Shown piece by piece: positions 1 to 14,199 of a stretch of DNA of 64,000 nucleotides. Every line of letters begins with the position of its first letter. Positions within the stretch are counted from its first letter, which is position 1. The translations under genes were made by a program, and so were the position numbers. The DNA is taken from assembly GCF_009914755.1 (NCBI RefSeq), contig NC_060927.1. One strand, 5' to 3'. The stretch comes from the human T2T-CHM13v2.0 reference genome, Homo sapiens. The notes beneath the pieces are model-generated. The model worked only from the letters and a program-made list of their open reading frames with translations, was not told the DNA's origin and did no database searches.

Positions 1-1887
<1,887 letters not shown>

Positions 1888-1950
1888 TATGATGTTAGCT
1901 GGTGATTTTGCTCGTTAGTTGATGCAGTTTCTTCCTAGTCTCAATGGTCT

Positions 1951-2967
1951 TTACAATTTGGCATGATTTTGCAGCGGCTGGTACCGGTTGTTCCTTTCCA
2001 TGTTTAGCGCTTCCTTGAGGAGCTCTTTTAGGGCAGGCCTGGTGGTGACAAAATCGGTCAGCATTTGCTTGTCTGTAAAGTATTTTATTTCTCCTTCACT
2101 TATGAAGCTTAGTTTGGCTGGATATGAAATTCTGGGTTGAAAATTCTTTTCTTTAAGAATGTTGAATATTGGCCCCCACTCTCTTCTGGCTTGTAGGGTT
2201 TCTGCCGAGAGATCCGCTGTTAGTCTGATGGGCTTCCCTTTGAGGGTAACCCGACCTTTCTCTCTGGCTGCCCTTAACATTTTTTCCTTCATTTCAACTT
2301 TGGTGAATCTGACAATTATGTGTCTTGGAGTTGCTCTTCTCGAGGAGTATCTTTGTGGCGTTCTCTGTATTTCCTGAATCTGAACGTTGGCCTGCCTTGC
2401 TAGATTGGGGAAGTTCTCCTGGATGATATCCTGCAGAGTGTTTTCCAACTTGGTTCCATTCTCCGCATCACTTTCAGGTACACCAATCAGACGTAGATTT
2501 GGTCTTTTCACATAGTCCCATATTTCTTGGAGGCTTTGCTCATTTCTTTTTATTCTTTTTTCTCTAAACTTCCCTTCTCGCTTCATTTCATTCATTTCAT
2601 CTTCCATTGCTGATACCCTTTCTTCCAGTTGATCGCATCGGCTCCTGAGGCTTCTGCATTCTTCACGTAGTTCTCGAGCCTTGGTTTTCAGCTCCATCAG
2701 CTCCTTTAAGCACTTCTCTGTATTGGTTATTCTAGTTATACATTCTTCTAAATTTTTTTCAAAGTTTTCAACTTCTTTGCCTTTGGTTTGAATGTCCTCC
2801 CGTAGCTCAGAGTAATTTGATCGTCTGAAGCCTTCTTCTCTCAGCTCGTCAAAATCATTCTCTATCCAGCTTTGTTCCGTTGCTGGTGAGGAACTGCGTT
2901 CCTTTGGAGGAGGAGAGGCGCTCTGCGTTTTAGAGTTTCCAGTTTTTCTGTTCTGTTTTTTCCCCAT
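1951..2967 (-). CDS. L1 ORF1p (RNA-binding protein/nucleic acid chaperone), full-length 338 aa, open
   Basis: MGKKQNRKTGNSKTQSASPPPKERSS... with coiled coil, RRM and CTD; REKG, ARR and YPAKLS motifs intact. Confidence 0.95.
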   Translation of the reverse strand: MGKKQNRKTGNSKTQSASPPPKERSSSPATEQSWIENDFDELREEGFRRSNYSELREDIQTKGKEVENFEKNLEECITRITNTEKCLKELMELKTKARELREECRSLRSRCDQLEERVSAMEDEMNEMKREGKFREKRIKRNEQSLQEIWDYVKRPNLRLIGVPESDAENGTKLENTLQDIIQENFPNLARQANVQIQEIQRTPQRYSSRRATPRHIIVRFTKVEMKEKMLRAAREKGRVTLKGKPIRLTADLSAETLQARREWGPIFNILKEKNFQPRISYPAKLSFISEGEIKYFTDKQMLTDFVTTRPALKELLKEALNMERNNRYQPLQNHAKL

Positions 2968-4414
2968 CTTTGTGGTTTTATCTACTTTTGGTCTTTGATG
3001 ATGGTGATGTACAGATGGGTTTTCGGTGTGGATGTCCTTTCTGTTTGTTAGTTTTCCTTCTAACAGACAGGACCCTCAGCTGCAGGTCTGTTGGAATACC
3101 GTGCCGTGTGAGGTGTCAGTGTGCCCCTGCTGGGGGGTGCCTCCCAGTTAGGCTGCTCGGGGGTCAGGGGTCAGGGACCCACTTGAGGAGGCAGTCTGCC
3201 TGTTCTCAGATCTCCAGCTGCGTGCTGGGAGAACCACTGCTCTCTTCAAAGCTCAGATGGAAATGCAGAAATCACCCGTCTTCTGCGTTGCTCACGCTGG
3301 GAGCTGTAGACCGGAGCTGTTCCTATTCGGCTGGTTATAAGTAATTCTTGTGCTTTCTTTACTTTGGGAATGAAACAGACTGTGCTGTGACCAGTGGTAA
3401 GCTTAGATAATTTCCAGGTGTGAGGCAGACTAGGGTACGAGAGACTAATACAATATGTAGCTGGGACTCTCTTTTTTCCCAAATTGAGATATTATTTGCA
3501 TACCATAAAATTCACCCCTTTAAAATATACAATTCGTTGGTTTTAGTATATTCACAAGATTATATAACCACCACCACTTATTTCAGAACATCTTAATCAC
3601 CCCAAAAACCATATACATGTTAGCAGTATTTCCCATTCCTCCCTTAAGCAGCCCCAGGCAACCACTAATTTACCTTCTGTTTCCGTGGACTTGCTTATTA
3701 TAAGCATTTCATATAAATGGAACCATACAATATGTGGCCTTTTGTGTCCAGCTTTTTTCATCTTAGCATAATGTTTTCAGGATTCATCCACATTGTATCA
3801 TGTGTCAGTGCTTCATTCCTTTTTATGGAATTTTATTCCTACACACAATATTTCCTTTATAGATATACTGCATTTTACTTGTCTATTTACTTATCAGTTG
3901 ATGGACATTTGGGTTGTTTTCACTTCTGTGTAATTATAAATAAAGCTGTTATGAATATTTATGTACAAGTTGTTGTGTGAACATACGCTTTCAGTTCTTT
4001 TAGGTATATCCCTAGGAGTGGAAGTGCTGGGTTATATAGTAATTTTATTTTTAACTTTTTGAGGTACTGCCAGACTGTTTTCCAAAGTGGTTGCACTATT
4101 TTATATTACCACCAGCAATTTATGGTTCCACTTTCTTCACATCCTCAGTGACAGTAGTTATTGTCTGGTTTTTTTATGTTATTATTATAGTCATCCTACT
4201 CTTTGTGAAGTAGTATCTCATTGTGGTTTTGGTTTGCATTTCCCTAATGATTAATGATGTCAGCTATCTTTCCATGTGCTTATTAGCTATTTGTGTATCT
4301 TCTTTGGAGAAATGTCTATGCAATTCCTTTTCCCACTTTTTGATTGGGCTAATTTAATTGAGTCTTTCTGTTGTTGAGTTGTAAGCATTCTTTATATGTT
4401 CTAGATAAAAATAC

Positions 4415-7400
4415 TGTCTTAGTCTGTTTTGTGTTGCTATAACAGAATATTACAGACTGAGGAATTTATAAAGAAAAAAAACATGTTTCTCACAGTTGTG
4501 GAGGCTAGGAAGTCTAAGATCAAGGGACCGTATCTGATGAGGGCCTTTTGGCTGCATCATAACATGGGGGAAGGCATGACATGGCATTACATTGCACAAG
4601 AGTGAGGGTTAGAGGGCCAAACTTATCCATTATCAGGAACCTACTACTGCAGCAACTAACTCACTCCCAGGATAACAGCATTTGTCCATTCACGAAGGCA
4701 GAGCTTTCATTAGGCCCACCTCATAACACTGTTGCATTGGGGATTAAGTTTCCAACACATGAATTTTGGGAGACACACTCAAACCACAGCATTCCACTCC
4801 AGCACCAGCCCCCTTCTCACATGCAAAATATATTTATTCAGTGCCGATGGCCTTCAAAGTTTTAACTTGTTCCACATCAACTCAAAAGTCCAAAGCCCAA
4901 AGTCTCATCTAAATCAGATATGGGTGAGACTCAAGGCACAGTTCATCCCGAGGTAAGTTTCTTCCAGCCGTGAGCCTGTGAAATCGAAACAGGTTGTTTA
5001 TTTCCAAAATATAATGGTGGGACAGGCGTAGGATAGACGTTCCTATTACAAAAGGGAGAAATAGGCAAGAAAAAGGGGTGACAGGTCCCAAGTAAGTCCA
5101 AAACCCAACATCATGAATAACGTTAAATCTTAAAGCTCCAGAATAATCTTCCTTGATTCCATGTCCCCATCTTCGGGTCACTCTGGGTCAGGGACTGGGC
5201 CCACAAGGCCTCAAGCAGCCCTGCCCCCTTGGCTTTGCTGGGCTCAGTCCATGCAGCAGCTCTCACAGGTTGGAGTCTCGTACCTGCAGCTCTCTCAGGC
5301 CAGAGTTGCACACTGGTAGTTCTGCAGTTCTGTGGTGTTAGGGGGCTTATTACTGAACCAAACTTGGGTCCATCAACCTGGCATAGCAAAGCCAAACACT
5401 GGCATTGAGATTTGCAGCGAGAGAAGGTGAGGCATTTATTGCAGGGCACCAAGCAATGAGAATTGACAGCTAATGTGTAATACCTGAACTCCCCAATGGC
5501 TTACATGTAAGGGTTTTTAAAGGTGGGAGGCAGAGGTTACAGGCAAAGCCATACATTGATATACGGAGGCTATCATAAATTGATTTGACCGGAAAAGGTG
5601 GGGCATCTCAAGAGTGGGGGCCTGCAAGTCATAGGTAGATTCAAAGATGTTCTAGTTTGTAATCGGATAAGAAAATAAAGCTTTGTCTGAAAACTTGGGG
5701 TCAGTAGAAAGGAGTGCTAATCTCTGGTTTGTGAGTGTGGACTTCCTCCAGGCCTCTCAGCAAGAAATTTAGAACAAAGAATGGTGGAAGACAGAGTTCA
5801 GTCCTCATTTCCTCTTTGTCTGAGGTCTGCATGCAAGAGGATGGCATTTTCTGTTGGTGAGGGTCCAGGTTTTTTTGAAAACAACTAAGGACATATGTTA
5901 AGATATTATCTTTAGTTTCAATAGGGAACCAAACATTTTATGGCTCTAACTTCCTTGCTATTGTTTTAAGCTATTACTGCCTTCTTGTTTATCAGATGGC
6001 TCTTTGGTTTTTAAAGCCAGCTAGGTGCCTGGAATTTTTCTTGAAGGAACTAAAGATTTTACTTCATTTCCATGCTTGGAGTGGGGCCCAGCAGACCCCT
6101 AAGAGGGGTACCTGCTCCATCTTAGGCTGACCCACTCACATGGCTCCACTAGGCATTGCTGTAGTGGAGACTCTCTGTGGTGGCCTCATTCCTATGGCTT
6201 AGCTAGGCATTGCCCTAATTGTAGGGGAGGGGTGCGGCACACTAGCTGTGGTGGCTCTGGCTCTGTTCCTGTGACAAGTCTCTGCGTTGGCCCCCAGGAC
6301 ATCTGCAACATCCTTTGAAATCTAGGAGGAGATTGCCATGGCTCCACATTTCTTGTATTCTGCATATTAGCAGAGTCAGCACCCTGTGGATACCACCAAG
6401 GTTTACCATTTATGCCCTATGGAGCTACAGCCTGAGCCACACCCAGGACCATTTGAACCACAGCTGGGGAGTCTGAGGAACACTGTACTGGCATGCAGGG
6501 AGCAGTGTCCTAATGAAACCCGAGGCAGTAAGTCCACTGAGGGTGTGCCAGGCATAGTGAGGAAACCATTCTGCCCTCCTAGAGCTCTGGGCCTGTGATG
6601 GGAGGGTGAAAATCTCAAAGATCTCTGAAATGCCTTCCGGGTCATTCTCTCATTGTCTTGATGAATAGCACCTGGCTTCCTTCTAGCTGTACTACTCTGT
6701 TTAACAAACTGTCAATTGGCTACATCCTTAGTATTCTCTCCTGAATACACTTTTTTATTCTTTGCCTTTCCAGGCTGAGAGTTTTCCACATCTTTCCTTC
6801 TCCTTCCCTTTTCATTGTAAATTATGTCTAAGTCATTTCTCTTTTCCTTCACTTTACTATAAGGGGCCAAAGGAAGTAATGAAGCATCTTGAACACTTTG
6901 CTGCTTAGATGTTCCTCCTACCAGATATCCTAGTTTATCACTGTTAAGTTCTGCATTCCACAAAGTCCTAGGACATGAAGACAATTCCACTAAGTTCTTT
7001 GCAACTGTGTAACGAGAATAGACTTTACTCCAGTTTCTAATACCTTGTTCCTCATTTCCATCTGAGACCTCATCATCAGAATTGCCTTTACTGTCCATAT
7101 TTCTACCTACATTCTGATTATGGCCACTTAAGTAATCCCTAAAAAGATTTAGGCTCTTCCTACAGCTCTCATCTTTTTCTGACCCCTCACCAGAATTGTC
7201 CTTAAGACTCTATTAATGGCAGTCTAGCCTTTTTCTAGCCTGCTTCTCCAGATTCTTCTAGTCTCTACCTATTATCCATTTTTAAAGCTACATCCACATT
7301 TTCAGGTATTTGTTATAGCAACAGCCCCACTTCTTTGCACCAATTTTTATCTCACTCTGTTTTGTATTGCTGTAACAGAATACCACAGACTGGATAATAG

Positions 7401-7774
7401 ATACAAACATTTATTTATTATAGTTCTGAAGGCTAGGAAGTCCAAGATCAAGGGGCTGTATCTGGTGAGGGCCTCCTTGCTACATCATAACATGGAGTAA
7501 AACATCACATGGTGTGTGAGAGAGAGTGTGAGCACAAGAGCAAGTGAGAGCAAGAACTAGAGAGTGAGCAGGCTCAAGTGGAAGGGGGTTGAACTCATCC
7601 TTTTATCAAGAACCTACTCCTGAAATAACTAACCTGCTCCCATGATAACAGCATTAATCCATTCATGAGGCCTCACGACCTAATTGCTGTTAAAGGTCCC
7701 ACCTCATAACACTGTTGCAATGGGGATTAAGTTTCCAACATAAGAACTTTGGGGGACACACTCAAACCATAGCA
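4415..7774 (-). mobile_element. Complete MaLR (MST/MLT1A-type) element: LTR 4415-4791, internal region, LTR 7348-7774
   Basis: Two homologous LTRs (TGTCTTAGTCTG...CTCAAACCA(C/T)AGCA), 5-bp TSD AATAC at 4410-4414 and 7775-7779, MaLR-internal ORF remnant at 6712-7098. Confidence 0.88.
5348..6124. mobile_element. ERV1-class solo LTR (LTR48/MER34-like; name tentative) inserted in the MaLR internal region
   Basis: 4-bp TSD GGCT (5344-5347 and 6125-6128); homologous over its length to 29029-29826. Confidence 0.75.
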
Positions 7775-10342
7775 AATACCTTACCATATATATGATTTGC
7801 AAATATTTTCTCCCATTCTGTGGCTTATCTTTTCACTTTGGTAGTGTTCTTTGGAGCACATGTTTTTAATTTTGATGAAGCCCAATTTTTCTGTTTTTTC
7901 TTTTGTTGCTTGTGTTTTTTGTGTATATCTAAAGAAACTGTTGCCTAATCCAAGATCACAAAGACTTACACCTATATTTTCTTCTAATAGTTTTATAGTT
8001 TTATCTCTTACACTTAGATCTTTGAATCCATTTTGCCTTAATTTTTGTATATGCTGTGAAGAGTCCAAATTCATTCCTTAGCATGTGGATACCTATTTTT
8101 CCCAGCACCATTTGTTGAAAAGACTCTTTTTCCTCTATTGAATTGTCTTGACACCCTTGTCAAAATCAACTCACCATAGAATTGTGGGTTCATTTTTGAA
8201 TTCTAAGTTCTATTCCATTGATGCAATAGATTGCAATGATGCATTATTTGTTCTTATATCAATATCATATTATCTTCATTACTGTAGCTTTGTAGCAAGT
8301 TTTGAAATTGGAAAGTGTGAGTCATCTAACTTTGTTGTTTTTTAAAAAAAAACTTTTTTTTGGCTATACTTTGAGTCCTTTGAATTGCCATATGGATTTT
8401 AGGATCAACTTGTGAATTTCTGCAAAAAAGGCAGCTGAAATTTTGATAGGGATTTAATTGATAGATTAATTTGGAGATATTGGCATTTATTAAATATTAC
8501 AATCCATGAACACAGATTTTTTTCATTTATTTTGTTCTTCAATTTCTTTCAACAGTGTTTTCTAATTTTTAGTCTATAAGTCTTGTACTTATTTTAAAAT
8601 TCTTATTCCCAACAATTTTATTCTTTTTGATGCTGTTGTAAATTGAATTGGTCCCTTTATTTCATTTTTGGATTGTTTATTGCTAGTATATAGAAATACA
8701 ATTGATTTTTGTATATTGATTGTGTATCCTGCAACCTTGCTGAACTCATTTATTAGCTCTAAGAGTGTGTGTTCATGTTTGTGTGTATTCCTTAGAATTT
8801 TCTATGTATAAGATCATCTGCAAATAAAAATTTTACTTCTTCTTTTCCAATTCGGATGCCTTTAATTTCTTTCTCCTGGCTAATTGTCCTGGCTAGGACC
8901 TTCAGTATAATGTTGAGTAGAAGTTGAGAGAATGGATATCCTTGTTTTATTCCTCATTTTTGGGGAAAGCTTTCAGCCTTTCACTATTATAATGTTAACT
9001 GTGGTTTTTTATAGATGCTCTTTATTAGGTTGAGGAAGTTTCCTTTGATTTCTAGGTTGTTGAGTGTTTTTATCATGAAAGGGTGTTGGATTTTGTGAAA
9101 TGCTTTTTCTGTGTCTATTGATACGATTATTTAGTTTCTTTTTTTATTCTATTAATATATATTACATTGACTAATGTTCATATGTTGAACCAACATTGTA
9201 TTCCTGGAATAAATCTCACTTAGTCGTGTTATATAATCCTTTATCTATTGCTAGGTTTGGTTTGCTAACATTTTGCTTGTAGCTGGGGCTTTCCACAAAG
9301 TGTGTTTAGTAGATTTTCTGACATTGTACAGAGGGAAATACAAGGTCCCTCATGTTATTTCACCAGCTGCTATGTGCTACCACCATGCCACAGGCCTTAC
9401 ATACATTATCTTGTTTAAACTCTACCTTTGTGCTAGGTAGAGGTCACTTCAGTTTTCACTGTATTCTTGATGGTGATGTTCCTATCCTGCAGATGAGAAA
9501 ACAAAGAAGCAAAGATTTTTTTTTTTTTTTTTTTTTGTCATTCAGCATTTATCCTGTCTTTTTTGGGATTAATGCTGCAAGAAGTGAGACAGAGCCAAAT
9601 AAAGCAATGGATTTTTTTTGAAGGTGTGCCATGAGTTATTTCTGATAAAGGTAGCTTTATGTATGTAGTAACAGAATTGGTCCTCTCATGGATATGATCA
9701 TAGACAAGAGATCTTGTATCAGATCAGGTATTAAGGATCGGGAGGAAGAAACTAAACTTTTTCCTAAAAGAAGGATGTTGCCACCCTTTTTCTGAGATCA
9801 GATAAGATCAGGTCTTAATTCCTAAATCAGAATCCTTTTATGACATGTTTCCTGCCTTTAAGTAGTTGATAGTCTAGTATGAATGAAATGCAAGTTGTAC
9901 AGTGAGGTTCTGGGCCTCTACCAATGGCCCACTTTAGTCATGTGGGCATTGGTGTTGGGGGAGCCTGGAATACTCATTATTTACTTAGCAATTATAAAGT
10001 ATAGAATGATTAAAGTACAAAGTATGCTGATTTGGGACATAAATTGGTGATTTGGGAGATTTGTGTCCATGTTTGAGGAGGAGAGACTACATGGATTTTC
10101 AGCACTTGTTGGATTTTCATTAACTAGGATTTGGTGAGGATTTGTCTTCCCAAAGATAATTGTAATCTGGTGGAAGATGGGCTGGCAACTGTGTAGTTGC
10201 AGACAGAAAGGGCAGTGAAAGTGGATTTCAGAGTGGTAATAGGAGGCAGGAGGTCTTTGGATTAATCTGCCTCTGATGAACAGGAGAGAATGTTAAACAC
10301 AAAATCCTGCATAGTGATTACTTCTGATGGAAGCCAGAGTGA

Positions 10343-10610
<268 letters not shown>

Positions 10611-11569
10611 TAAAATGAGTTGTAAGGCCATGAGTGTTCTTTTTATTACTAGGCTTTATAACTTTCATATATATCACATTTTAAAAATATATCCAATATT
10701 TGATTCAAAAAAGAGGATAAAAGAAAGATGGAAGGATAGTGGAAGAGGACTAAGTCTCAGTGAGGAACTAAGGTGTTGATAGAAAAGTCAGGCAGCCTTT
10801 GCTTAATGTAGATTGTATTATAGTTTTCTTGCCCATTTGGAGTTATTAGGGGAATATGTGCTTCTCTCTTCTCTTCTATAACCTTTAACTGAGAGGTACT
10901 TTCTTAGAGCTGGAGCTTGGGAAGAGGAGAAAAGATGAAGCTTTGAAACAGATTTTGTTTCTACTTCTCAGAGAATAAAGGGGTGGGTGTAGGAGTGAGA
11001 GCTTATGTGTCCAGGCATCAAACTTGGCAGACAACTCCCTCAGAGCAGATGGAGTGAGGATTTCATTGCTTGACAGACTGACTCAGACCTGCCTCCCTGC
11101 AGCCAGCCACTACTGGGTATGGCTTGAATCTCTGTTGAAAGCTGCCGGATCATGGTATCCCTACTTCTACTCTAGCAATGATGAACTCCAGCCTTCCCAG
11201 AGGAAGAGCTGTCCAAGGAGCTGATGTGTTTGACCCTTATTGCTTGCTGGGATGGTGGCTTTGGTGAAATGGACATTTCTTAGACTGCAGTGTTTTTTCA
11301 GAGATTGTATAACTCCCCCAATCTATGTTGCTTTAGAGAGGATTTTTACATTGGAATAGAGCTTGCCTCTGTGTCCTCCAAGCTGTTTTTCTGCCATGAG
11401 AAATATGAACTGGAAGATTCTACACAATTGGGTGATTGGTTTAGTGAGGTCAACACAGGAAAAAACCCTAAGATGTAGAATTCTTGTTTAAGAAGTAAGC
11501 AGCTTTCCAGAAACTTCAGATTTCTCTGCCAGTCATGATTTTAGCAACCAGTGAAGATGAGCATGTTTT

Positions 11570-12150
11570 GGATTAGAGCCACAGCCTTCTAGTTCGTGTC
11601 CTTGCCTTTAGTCTCCCTCCTGCCAGTCTAAGGTGTAAATGCTGCCAGGCTTTTTTCCATAAAGCCCTGCTTTCATCATGGCATTCTCCATTCAGATAAC
11701 CTCTAGTTGCCACTCCTGTGCATCAGGTCTAGGCATACTGTTTAGCTTTGAAATTTGTTATATCCGGTGTTATGTCTGATATTCCTCCCCAGCATTCACC
11801 ATCTGCACCTGACAGGCTGGTTTTCTCTCAGTCCTCCAGATATAATATTCATTTCCACTTATATCCCTCGCTCAAAACGTTCCTTTCTTCTCTAGCTAAA
11901 TCCTGCCTGTCCTTCTAAGACAGCTCATTTCTTCTTCCTTCAATGCTAGCATTGGTCACAGCCTGCTCTGCTCTGCCAACATATATAGTAGTTTCCAAAT
12001 AATTTAGTGACAAGTTGTTTTCTATTTTTTGTATATTAGCGTTGGTCTGTAAGCCTTTTGAAGTCTTGGAACATGTTTGCTTCTCTTATTTCCCCATGGA
12101 ATTTAAGATGGTACCTGGCATGTATCAGTATATTTGGTTAAATAATTAAA
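11570..12150 (+). mobile_element. L2 relic (3' end)
   Basis: Degenerate L2 3' region ending ...GTACCTGGCATGTATCAGTATATTTGGTTAAAT; boundaries approximate. Confidence 0.55.
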
Positions 12151-12189
12151 CATTGCAAGTTTTGTAAATAATGACTAGTATTTGTATAT

Positions 12190-12370
12190 CATGTTAAAGT
12201 TCACAAAATGCTCTCACATTTATTATATTTCTTAATTCTCCCCCAAATTTTGTGATACTTCTATTTAAAGTTGAAGAAATTGCATCTTAAAGAGTTGAAA
12301 TAATTTGCCCAAGGTCTCACAGTTGATAACTGCTCTAGATAGGACTAGAGCCCAAGCTTCAGGTCTGTTA
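12190..12370 (-). mobile_element. MIR
   Basis: Core motif AATAATTTGCCCAAGGTCTCACAG...GGACTAGAGCCCA. Similar MIR relics at ~9350-9510, 13390-13535, 14810-15000, 18550-18830, 22950-23100, 45040-45240, 45890-46150, 46570-46760, 60395-60560 and 61380-61580. Confidence 0.65.
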
Positions 12371-12555
12371 AAAATGCTGACTTGCCTTGTGTTTTCTTGA
12401 AATCCCAGTTTTCTTTAAGGGATTTGTAGATATTGTTGTTTAATACTATGGAATTATCCTGGGAGCTCAATGGAAAGGTAATGTCTTCCTGTGAACTAGA
12501 CAGTTATAGGAGACCTGAGAATGTTTCAGCTGCAAGTGGATCTAAAGAAGGAGGG

Positions 12556-13376
12556 TGTAGTGGGTTGAATAGTGTTCCTTTCTGCCTGGCCCTCCCCATC
12601 CCCCAATTCAGGTCCACCTCAAAATGTGACTTATTTGGAAACAGTGTCTTTGCAGCTAAGGATCTTGAGATGAAATCATTCCAGATATAAGGTAGATCCT
12701 AAATCCAATGGCTGGTGTCCTTATAAGAAGAAGAGAAGATACAGAGAGCAGCACAGAGAGGAGAAGCCCATGTGAAGATGGAGGCAGAGATTGCAGCTAG
12801 GCAACTACAAGCTAGGGAATGGCAAGGATTGCTTGTAACCACTAGAGGCTGGAAGAGGCAAGGATTGGATGGGCCCTACAGCCTTCGGAGGGAACATAGC
12901 CCGGCCAACACACCTTGATTTTAGACTTCTGGCTTCTAAAACCGTGAGAATAAATCCCCCCACACCTTTTTTTTCCTTCTCTTTTCTCTTTTTTTTTTTT
13001 TTGTGAGACAGCATCTTGCTCTGACACCCAGGCTGGAGTGCGATGGGGTGATCACAGCTCATTGCAGCCTTAAATTCCTGGACTCAGGCGATCCTCCCAC
13101 CTCGGCCTCCCAAGTAGGTGGGACTACTAGTGAGCATCACCATGCCCAGCTAATTTTTAAAAAATTTCATAGAGATGGAGTCTCACTGTGTTCCCCAGGC
13201 TGGTCTCGAGCGCCTGACTTCAAGCAATCCTCCTGGAAAACAAACCTCTCAAAGCACTGGGTTTACAGGTGTGAACTACTGGTGCCCAGCTGCTTTTTTT
13301 TCCTCTCCTAATTTCACTTTTTTAAAGCCACCAAATTAGTGGTAATTTGTTATGACAGCCTTAGGATACTAATCTA
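12556..13376 (+). mobile_element. MLT1 (MLT1B/C-like) solo LTR interrupted by an AluJ (~12970-13290, minus strand)
   Basis: TGTAGTGGGTTGAA start, GTGACTTATTTGGAAA and GACTTCTGGCTTCT motifs; LTR resumes TTTAAAGCCACC...GTAATTTGTTATGACAGCC after the Alu. Confidence 0.8.
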
Positions 13377-14123
13377 AAAGAGAAGAAAAATAAGCATTTA
13401 CTGCAGGGTCTCCTATATAACCCGGTATATTTTAGGCACTTTAATGTGTTATTTTATCTCCCAACAACTTTGTGTGGTAGGCATTATTTATCCATATTTT
13501 ACAAATCAGAAAAATAAGGCTCAGAAAGATAAGCTTGTGTTTTAGGAATATTCTGTCATTTTGTTTTCAGCTGTCTACTTTCTTCTGTTGATTGCCTGAG
13601 GAATTTATTATGTGGCCCTCAGAATGACTGGGCATAAAACTGTGATGTCCATTCTACTGGGTTGGTTAAAGAAATGCACCGTGGATTAGTCAAAGGAGGG
13701 CCAGACATATCATATGACCTTTCCTATGGAAAAGTCTCAGCATCTGTCTTCCCCCACGTCTGTACCTATTTCTCACCTACTATATAGTCAAATCTCCATC
13801 ATGAAACTTCCCTAGATTTCTTTACCTAATATTTTATCTGTTTCTCTCTCTCAACTGAACCTCCATAGCAGTTTATCTACTTCAATTTTATTGTACATAC
13901 TGCATTCTACCTTGTATTATATGATTTCTGCCTTGTGCCATTTGTCCAGGTATATTGTAGGTCTCATGAGGATGGAGATCTTGTCTTGTTCATTTTTATA
14001 TCTTCCATATTACCTACCAGAAATTCTTACCCATAACATGTTAATTAATTGTTGAATTTCTGTTTTCCTCTTCTCCTTCTTCCCCACTTTCCAGGTTCTA
14101 GTGTCAACCTTTAGAAGGCAAAG

Positions 14124-14124
<1 letters not shown>

Positions 14125-14195
<71 letters not shown>
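14125..14195. repeat. Compound (TC)n(CA)n microsatellite
   Basis: Directly visible. Confidence 0.95.

Positions 14196-14199
<4 letters not shown>

Larger units (their letters stand above)
3471..9277 (-). mobile_element. Old L1M (L1MB-like) 3' portion, split by the MaLR element
   Basis: Typical L1MB 3'-end and ORF2 sequence at 3480-4414 and 7775-9277; flanking near-direct repeats TGTAGCTGGGACTCT (3456-3470) and TGTAGCTGGGGCTTT (9278-9292). Confidence 0.8.

Noticed and set aside
2970-3344. 124-aa antisense ORF in the L1 5'UTR, possible ORF0
   Set aside because: ORF0 lies in the segment removed by splicing; this frame has a non-ATG start and a different sequence.
3246-3482. ORF reading from flank into the L1 across the splice junction
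   Set aside because: Non-ATG start, chance frame, no supporting signals.
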